Source: a virus. Taken from it: DNA of 64,000 bases. The DNA lies in IMG/VR virus record IMGVR_UViG_3300027822_000001, positions 28,596 through 92,595 of that record. One strand, written 5' to 3'. Positions 57,381 to 64,000 of this stretch are shown here, one piece after another. The first letter of the stretch is position 1. Every line of letters begins with the position of its first letter. Made by a program: the position numbers and the translations under genes. Under the pieces are notes generated by a model that did no database searches, had not been told where the DNA came from, and worked only from the letters and a program-made list of their open reading frames with translations.

Positions 57381-58841
57381 ATGAGTAACGTAAATTTTAG
57401 AACAGACGGAAAATTATTTTCTCCTGCACCTGATTGGACTGGGTATACAGACAAACGCCATTTAGCAACTATTAGACAAATTGCACCTAAATATGGTTCA
57501 GATATTTTAACTTATATTGGTTCTGTTAATAGTTCTGGTATGGCATACGAAGAATATTTGAGAATGGTTACTAAAGTTAACTATAAAGACACAGATGACC
57601 CTATCAATTATATGGTTTATGGAGAAGGTAGACAATTTGCACGATTAATCAAAGTAATTTCAGATGATGCAAATAGAATAGGATACAACAAAGCTCACTT
57701 TACGATGGTATTTGATGCTCCATTATTTAGTGAAGTACATATTATCGTAGGAAACTCTGATAGATATCGAGTTCGTATTGAGGATGATGGAAGATTAGCT
57801 TATGGTGGTCACGCTTATGATTGTACAGTATTTGGTCCAAATAATGCATTTGTTCCAGCAACAGAAATGTTAGCAGGTTCAACATGGACTAAAGAAGGAG
57901 CTCCAACTCCCATGTATAACTCAGATAAAGGTGCTAAAACTAGTTATACTAGTCCGTACGCAATTACTTATACTTGGTCTAGTGTCTCTGTAGAAGATGA
58001 AGTTCCTGGAAACTTAAAACATCGTCCAGTAGCATTTGCTTGGTTAGATGAAAATGGAAACAAATTAACTACTTGGGAGTTATACCGAACATGGTCTAAT
58101 GATGTTGAATTTAGATTACTTAAAAATAAAACATTAGTCTGGGGTCGTTCTAATATGAATGAAGCTGGAGGATATGATGATGTTGATAATCGTTCAGGTA
58201 TTGAAATCGTTGAAGGAGCAGGTTCTATGGAACAAATAGAACGAGGTAATGTTGTATATTATAATACTTTTGATATTGATGAGTTTGGAGAACATCTTTT
58301 AAAATTAAGAGTAGGTAAAAACCAATCAGATAAGATGCATTATGTTGTATCTACTGGTACTTATGGTTTGATTCAAGCACATAATTCTATTGCAGAAAAA
58401 GCTGCTGCTTGGGAAAAAATTGACAATAAATCAATCTTTGGCTCTGCTATGGATATGGGGTTTGGTAATCGTTTTACACGCTATCTACATCCGGGTGGTT
58501 TCTACATCGACTTTAGATTAGAACCCTTATTTGATGACCAATATAGAACTCCAATTGACCATCCTGATGGAGGAAAAGCAAGAAGTTATGAATATCATGT
58601 AACAGACTTAGGAGATACGCAAGGTGAAGCTTCTGTTGAACTTAACTATGTTAATACAATGGCTGATAATTTAGTTGTTGTTGAAGGTATGCGTAGTCCT
58701 TACTCTCCTACTGGAGCTAAAGTAACATATAAAGCTACATCAACAAAAGATAGTTGGGCAGAAAGACGTATGAGTCACTTTATGTTAGTGTTAAAAAATC
58801 CTAGAAATAGCTTAATTTACAGACCTAATATTTTATATTAA
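57381..58841 (+). CDS. Major capsid protein (crAss-like)
   Basis: 486 aa in the canonical position; LVWGRSN...GAG..EQI, TG.YG...; C-terminus typical of crAss MCPs. Confidence 0.85.
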   Translation: MSNVNFRTDGKLFSPAPDWTGYTDKRHLATIRQIAPKYGSDILTYIGSVNSSGMAYEEYLRMVTKVNYKDTDDPINYMVYGEGRQFARLIKVISDDANRIGYNKAHFTMVFDAPLFSEVHIIVGNSDRYRVRIEDDGRLAYGGHAYDCTVFGPNNAFVPATEMLAGSTWTKEGAPTPMYNSDKGAKTSYTSPYAITYTWSSVSVEDEVPGNLKHRPVAFAWLDENGNKLTTWELYRTWSNDVEFRLLKNKTLVWGRSNMNEAGGYDDVDNRSGIEIVEGAGSMEQIERGNVVYYNTFDIDEFGEHLLKLRVGKNQSDKMHYVVSTGTYGLIQAHNSIAEKAAAWEKIDNKSIFGSAMDMGFGNRFTRYLHPGGFYIDFRLEPLFDDQYRTPIDHPDGGKARSYEYHVTDLGDTQGEASVELNYVNTMADNLVVVEGMRSPYSPTGAKVTYKATSTKDSWAERRMSHFMLVLKNPRNSLIYRPNILY

Positions 58842-58864
58842 TACAAATTAAATAATTAACTATA

Positions 58865-59719
58865 ATGAGTATATTGAGAGCAGAGAAGATTATCATTAAA
58901 CCAGTGGAAGAAAATGTAGCCTCTTGGATACCGGAAGGTAAAGATGGAAGAGTTAGGTGGGAGAATACTTCTCAATCTTATGATGCCCCAAGAACTTCAT
59001 ATGGGGTAGCAGAAATTTTAACAAAGGAAGAACAAGCTGAACTAGAAAAAGAGATTGACAGTACTAGACCTAAGGGTTGGTTAAGTGTCTATGCTAAAAC
59101 ACCTGGAATATGGATAGGTAAAGGAAGATACAAGTTAGATATTCCAGCTGATGGGGTTACATTAAATTTAATGAATCCTATTGACTATATCAAGTATAAA
59201 ATAGCTTTAATACTTACTAAAGACATTGCACCAAGTTATGAGCAAAGAGAAGAAAAGAAATATCTTTATTATATGGAATCTGAGTCTAATATAGAAAAGA
59301 CTGAGGAAGCTAAGGTAGATAAATTGATGCTGGCTACAGAATACTTTACTAAAATAAAAGATAGTAAGGACAAGATGAGAAATCTATGGCTTATTATTAA
59401 TAAAGGAGATACTAGTAAAGTTCCATTAGATGTTACTACTTCTATTTTAAAGACTAAAATATTTGAATATTTAAACACAAGAACCAGTATGTTCTTGAAT
59501 ATAGTAGAAGACCCTGATTATAAGTATAAGGTTCTTTATTTTAGAGCCTTAGAAACAGGTACTTTTGAAAAGAATGGTTTTGAAATTAGAGCTTCTTATA
59601 AAAATGGAAAAGTCATTGGTAATTCTATGACTGATTCTATTATCTTTATTAAAGATTTAGAAGCCGATAAAGAAAATCAACAAGAATTTGCTGTCTTTTT
59701 GGATAGAATAAAACAATAA
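58865..59719 (+). CDS. conserved crAss-like protein downstream of MCP
   Basis: LNLMNPIDYIKYK...IAPS motif and position. Confidence 0.7.
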   Translation: MSILRAEKIIIKPVEENVASWIPEGKDGRVRWENTSQSYDAPRTSYGVAEILTKEEQAELEKEIDSTRPKGWLSVYAKTPGIWIGKGRYKLDIPADGVTLNLMNPIDYIKYKIALILTKDIAPSYEQREEKKYLYYMESESNIEKTEEAKVDKLMLATEYFTKIKDSKDKMRNLWLIINKGDTSKVPLDVTTSILKTKIFEYLNTRTSMFLNIVEDPDYKYKVLYFRALETGTFEKNGFEIRASYKNGKVIGNSMTDSIIFIKDLEADKENQQEFAVFLDRIKQ

Positions 59720-60619
59720 ATGGACGCAAATACGATGAAAGACCAATTGATTGCACGTCTACGAGGAACTAATTATGCAGTTCTCAACATAGATGATAGG
59801 GAAGCTTCAGACGTGCTATCTCGTGCAGAATTAGAGTTTGTAATGAGAAGATTTACAGCGGATTCTAATGTTAAGAAGAAAGGATTCGAAATAGACAGTA
59901 AAAGAAGATTAGATTTGAGTAATCTTTTAACTAGCCATATAACTTTTAAGAGAATCAAAACAAGTGGGGATGGAGATTTTATGATAGGTACTGAAGATAA
60001 TGGAGCATTAAGAACACCAGATAAAGATTATCAACTGTTGTATAGTGGAGGAGCTACTCCTTATTCAGCTACTGATAACTTTGGTGTATTCGTAAGAATT
60101 CCGAATGAATGTTTATTCATTACTTCTGAATCTTGTAGTACCACTAGAGATAGTAGTATTAAAAATAATGTTCCAGTAAAGGTTGTTTCTTATGAAGATT
60201 ATATAACTAAAATATATCACCCATATGAGAGTCCAGGCTACAATTTAGTTTGGAGAATGGATTCTGGTAATTGGACTCCTGCAGCTGAGTTGTCTCCAAG
60301 TACTGAAGAATCTGTAAAGAATCTGACTGGAGATAATGCAGATGCTTCTGGTAATCCTATTACAATAGCAACAGAGAGAAGTGTTCACTTAATTCCAGGA
60401 AAAGATTGGGTTGTTTCTAAGTATACAATACATTATGTTAAGAAACCTAGAAGAATATTAGTAGATACTATATCTCCTAATTTACAACAAAGTTCTGAAC
60501 TTAATTCATCTGTACACGATGAGATTGTTGATGTTGCTGTTAGGCTATTTACAGCCGATAGAATACCAGAACAAGCTAAATATCAAGTAGCTGAAAAAGA
60601 GCAGAGAGAAGATGAATAA
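59720..60619 (+). CDS. putative head-tail ring/connector protein
   Basis: GFE..SKRR.DL, YVKKP...SELN..VHDEIVD.AV, resembling crAss ring proteins. Confidence 0.7.
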   Translation: MDANTMKDQLIARLRGTNYAVLNIDDREASDVLSRAELEFVMRRFTADSNVKKKGFEIDSKRRLDLSNLLTSHITFKRIKTSGDGDFMIGTEDNGALRTPDKDYQLLYSGGATPYSATDNFGVFVRIPNECLFITSESCSTTRDSSIKNNVPVKVVSYEDYITKIYHPYESPGYNLVWRMDSGNWTPAAELSPSTEESVKNLTGDNADASGNPITIATERSVHLIPGKDWVVSKYTIHYVKKPRRILVDTISPNLQQSSELNSSVHDEIVDVAVRLFTADRIPEQAKYQVAEKEQREDE

Positions 60620-60628
60620 ACAAATTCT

Positions 60629-60880
60629 ATGAAATTTGATAATTTAATAATGAAAAAGCTAGATTTAATAGAGGATAAGTTGGATAAACAACTTCTTCTA
60701 TTAGAAAAGCTTACTGTCAGACAGGAAACCTTAGAAGAAACAATTAAAGAGATTTCTGCTAATGCAAATGATAAATCAAAGATAGTAAAAGTAGTAGAAA
60801 GTATAAGCAGTATCACTAAGAATGGTAAAATAAAGAATACAAAAACAAAGAAAAATAAAGTAGAAGAAGATGTTAAGTAA
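60629..60880 (+). CDS. small coiled-coil protein
   Basis: 83-aa ORF. Confidence 0.6.
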   Translation: MKFDNLIMKKLDLIEDKLDKQLLLLEKLTVRQETLEETIKEISANANDKSKIVKVVESISSITKNGKIKNTKTKKNKVEEDVK

Positions 60881-60912
60881 CGTCTATCTTCAACATATAT
60901 TTAATTACAATT

Positions 60913-62289
60913 ATGCATACTTCAAAAAATTATAAAAGAGTATTTGTAGCTAGAAATTGTGCTAGAACAGTTGGATTAACTTCCAGTAATGTAGCAGATA
61001 AATTAGCCTACGGTGAAATTGTTGCAGTAAATAAAGGTGGACAGTTAATTGATACTGCTGCTAAAGCAATAGCTGCTAAAGCTATTCGCTTTATGATAGG
61101 AACTAAAGATGGAAGTCCTATTGTTACAGACCTTATCTTTAAAAAAGATTTGTTGTCTGTAGAATCTAGTAAATATGTAGCTCGACAAGAAAAGAAAGTT
61201 ATTATTGGTTATGATGGTGCTGCTAATAGCATTGATGTTATTTCTGGAAATGTGTATGCTGTAGAAGTAGACCATATTTATAGAGGAGCTTATAGTAAAG
61301 AACCATTTTCTACACGAGCTTCATACGAGTCTCCTTTAACTGGAGCTACTCAGTTCAATATTGCTCAAAATTTAGCACAGTTATTAGCTTATGATTACAG
61401 CATCTTTGATGAAACTGTACGAGTTAATATTATAAGTGACCAAGCAGGTGTTGCTGGTATGACTGGAGCTGAAGTTATTAATGGTAGCCCTTCAGTATCT
61501 TATACTGGTGGTACTGCTCCGGCAGTTGGAAATGCAGTAGTAGTTCCTGGTTTAACTGGTGGAATTCATAGAGATGAAGATAACTCTTTATATAAAGTAA
61601 TCTATGTAGATGCTACTAACAGTGTTATTGAATTAGATAGACCTTATCAAAACAGAGACCAATCTGGATTAGCTGTTACTACAATAGCAGCTCCTGGAAC
61701 TGGTGCTTATGGACTTACTTTAGAAGGAATGCCTATGGTAGTCAATTTTAAAGAAGCTTATTCTGTTATGGATTTTGATACTAGAATATTTGGTTTTGGT
61801 ACAACTTTATTGCAAGCTAAAGGAGCAACTTTAGCACAAAATGAAGGCTTTGGTAGACATGAACCTGTAGCTAATGCAGAGTATTTGAATGGGGATGGAG
61901 AAGGTAGAAATATCTATCAAACTCAAGAGTTTCAAGCTCCTAATATTAATACTGATTCAGGAACTGGTTATAGTATGGTTAACATTAGATTTGACCATAT
62001 GTCTAGTCCTAATATGATTAACAATCATAGTGTTCCAAAAGAAGTAGATGTTTATTTACAACGTGGTACTTATGCTGATATTGCAGCTGATGCTGCTGGT
62101 ACTGCATTTGGTACTAACATTGAAACAGGTACTGGTTTAAGTGGTGTAGATGGCACTAGCTTTTTGAACGTTATAAATGCATTTGCTGTAAATGCTGGAG
62201 TATTAACAGCTACTGCTAATACTGTTGCTAATGGTGGCAAGGAAATAACTGCCGGAATTACTTTATTTAGTAATGGCATTGATGTTTAA
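60913..62289 (+). CDS. structural protein, possibly an auxiliary capsid/decoration protein
   Basis: 458 aa, G/A/T-rich beta protein with its own terminator. Confidence 0.55.
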   Translation: MHTSKNYKRVFVARNCARTVGLTSSNVADKLAYGEIVAVNKGGQLIDTAAKAIAAKAIRFMIGTKDGSPIVTDLIFKKDLLSVESSKYVARQEKKVIIGYDGAANSIDVISGNVYAVEVDHIYRGAYSKEPFSTRASYESPLTGATQFNIAQNLAQLLAYDYSIFDETVRVNIISDQAGVAGMTGAEVINGSPSVSYTGGTAPAVGNAVVVPGLTGGIHRDEDNSLYKVIYVDATNSVIELDRPYQNRDQSGLAVTTIAAPGTGAYGLTLEGMPMVVNFKEAYSVMDFDTRIFGFGTTLLQAKGATLAQNEGFGRHEPVANAEYLNGDGEGRNIYQTQEFQAPNINTDSGTGYSMVNIRFDHMSSPNMINNHSVPKEVDVYLQRGTYADIAADAAGTAFGTNIETGTGLSGVDGTSFLNVINAFAVNAGVLTATANTVANGGKEITAGITLFSNGIDV

Positions 62290-62298
62290 TATTAATAT

Positions 62299-62326
62299 AG
62301 GGGGGTTTTAACAATCCCCCTTTTTT
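62299..62326 (+). terminator. Rho-independent terminator
   Basis: AGGGGGGTT-TTAAC-AATCCCCCT followed by a T run. Confidence 0.85.
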
Positions 62327-62334
62327 GTTTATAT

Positions 62335-62883
62335 ATGTTTAAATTCAATTTTGTAATAAATAAAGATAAAAATGTAGTCATAAAAGATGTGTCTATGATG
62401 TCAGACAAATTTCCACCAAAGATAGAAAGTATGGTGATGTCTATTTCAAGTGCTGGAATACCAGAGGGAGTTGTAGAAAATTTAGATATAGTAGAATATA
62501 TGAGACTGCACAGAGTTAATAATGAGTTGTATATTATAAAGCCAGAAACCTTAGGATTGAATGCAGGAAGTAATATACTTGACGGTACATACAGAGTTAC
62601 AATAAAAATTAATAACACTTTAGAATACAAAGATACTTTCGTATACTTAGATGAGTTGGCTGGAAAAATAACAGTTCTGATGGATAGTATTGATACAGAT
62701 ATAGATATAGAAGATAATACGATATTTACAGATAATATACCATATGATGTTAAACATTCTAAGATTTATTATATTATAGCTGTCTACTTTAAACTTTTAA
62801 CATTATTAAGGGATAATTCAAAGGTTGCTGAAGTTAATGACTTAATAGACAAGCTACAAAGATTATTACTGATAGTTACATGA
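62335..62883 (+). CDS. putative tail/ring structural protein
   Basis: LG....ILDGTY.V motif and a helical C-terminus. Confidence 0.55.
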   Translation: MFKFNFVINKDKNVVIKDVSMMSDKFPPKIESMVMSISSAGIPEGVVENLDIVEYMRLHRVNNELYIIKPETLGLNAGSNILDGTYRVTIKINNTLEYKDTFVYLDELAGKITVLMDSIDTDIDIEDNTIFTDNIPYDVKHSKIYYIIAVYFKLLTLLRDNSKVAEVNDLIDKLQRLLLIVT

Positions 62884-64000
62884 GTTTAATTAATATTAGT
62901 AAAGAAATGTTTGATAATGGAGTATTTGTATTTGATAATGGAAACTATATCTTTATAGAGGAAATTCAATACTCTGGAGATGGTATCTATTGGGAAGATA
63001 CATTTAATCCAAACAGTCATACAGACCCAAGAGACCCGACTAATACATTAGACGGGCATAAATGGAGACGAGTTCGTCATGCTGGAGATGGAAACTATCA
63101 AGTAGCTGAATATATAGTGGCTGAAGACGGAAAGACTCCTGTATTTAGAATAAATAGTAATAATTTGGAGTATAAATATAGTGGAGCAGATGATTCCACA
63201 TATGTTGTTATTTCTCCAATGAGTGCTTTAAAAGGAATTAAAGGAGATAAAGGAGACACAGGAGAAGGATGGAATATTGATGTTGTTAGTTACTGGTTAG
63301 AGAAGCCAGATTGTGCTAGCTCGGCAGTTTCTAGTTCTATTACTAGCTGTCCCACATGCACCCCATCAACAACTACTGCTACTTGTGATAACAACTTAAC
63401 TTTAATGTTGAGTTTAGGAGATGGTTTGAAAGCAATAGTTATTGGAGATGTTGGTGATTTTAGGAGTAACGATGGAATTACTTGGATAGAAATAGTTTCT
63501 ACTGATATTGGTAACTATACTAGATTTACAGCAACTGATGCTATAGGCACTGGCTCTGTAGATTATCACACACAAGATACTTTAAGTACAAAAGGAAAGG
63601 TATATTACTGTAATGAAGGAGTATGGACATTGTTTTTGAATGTTGCTATTAGCGACCATAAGGTTGCACCCACAGAGGCTTTTGAAACCGCTTTTAATAG
63701 TGGCTTTTTTATAGATGACTATACAGTAGCTACTTTAAATAGTAACTTTATTTATGGCACGATTGCTTTAACTCCTGATTTTAAATTAGTTGTTAAACAA
63801 GATAGTCTAGAGCCAATACACTTCAAAGATGGCTCTTTTGGAGATGGTCTTGATGAGGGGGTTGTTAATTCAGACGGAATTAAAACAAGCCCAATAAAAG
63901 TTAAAACTACTGATTTTAGTGGTTATGGTTTGAATACTTATACTAGAAGCGATGGAAATGATGATTTAGAAGTTGATGTTCCAAATCTTGTAGGAGATGG
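62880..64000 (+). CDS. tail fibre-like protein, 3' truncated (not in the ORF track)
   Basis: ATGA-coupled ORF MSLINISKEMFDNG...; DGKTPVFRINSNNLEYKY and collagen-like GIKGDKGDTGEG; appears open to the window end. Confidence 0.7.
   Translation, partial: MSLINISKEMFDNGVFVFDNGNYIFIEEIQYSGDGIYWEDTFNPNSHTDPRDPTNTLDGHKWRRVRHAGDGNYQVAEYIVAEDGKTPVFRINSNNLEYKYSGADDSTYVVISPMSALKGIKGDKGDTGEGWNIDVVSYWLEKPDCASSAVSSSITSCPTCTPSTTTATCDNNLTLMLSLGDGLKAIVIGDVGDFRSNDGITWIEIVSTDIGNYTRFTATDAIGTGSVDYHTQDTLSTKGKVYYCNEGVWTLFLNVAISDHKVAPTEAFETAFNSGFFIDDYTVATLNSNFIYGTIALTPDFKLVVKQDSLEPIHFKDGSFGDGLDEGVVNSDGIKTSPIKVKTTDFSGYGLNTYTRSDGNDDLEVDVPNLVGD

Noticed and set aside
1545-62630. Opposite-strand ORFs in the track (e.g. 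1545-1874, 3228-3638, 13357-13794, 18487-18843, 52795-53202, 62292-62630)
   Set aside because: Antisense shadows of well-supported genes, with S/F/L-rich composition and no motifs
1-64000. Genome-wide stop-codon reassignment (TAG=Gln or TGA=Trp, known in some crAss-like phages)
   Set aside because: RNAP, terminase, portal, MCP and PolA are intact in code 11; TAG and TGA end several tightly coupled genes; the few interruptions involve all three stop codons

Overview
AT-rich segment of a crAss-like (Crassvirales-type) phage genome, probably infecting Bacteroidota. There are three blocks. (1) 1-12.75 kb, + strand: a giant virion RNA polymerase that starts upstream of the window (DFDID motif, two C-terminal zincin HExxH domains), followed by a 1251-aa ejection/cargo protein. 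(2) 12.9-47.7 kb, - strand: a replication and nucleotide module (dUTPase, primase, SSB-like protein, ATPase, DnaB-like helicase, PolA, GroES-like protein, class II RNR, DEDDh exonuclease, UDG), scattered cell-wall hydrolases, an RNA ligase and many small early genes separated by heavily structured non-coding stretches. (3) 48.5-64 kb, + strand: nucleases, terminase, portal, scaffold, major capsid protein, conserved structural genes and a tail-fibre-like gene truncated by the window end. Standard code 11 fits all large genes. The most notable observations are: the only Cys seen in the RNAP is its last residue and the only Cys in the next cargo protein is residue 4 (possible head-to-tail linked ejection chain); an anticodon-less tRNA/tmRNA-like RNA just downstream of the RNA ligase; a eukaryote-type MIB/HERC2 domain in an early protein; several candidate structured ncRNAs, one with a pseudoknot; a hairpin cluster at the strand switch; and four small early genes each broken by one premature stop. 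All calls come from manual motif reading; no searches were run.
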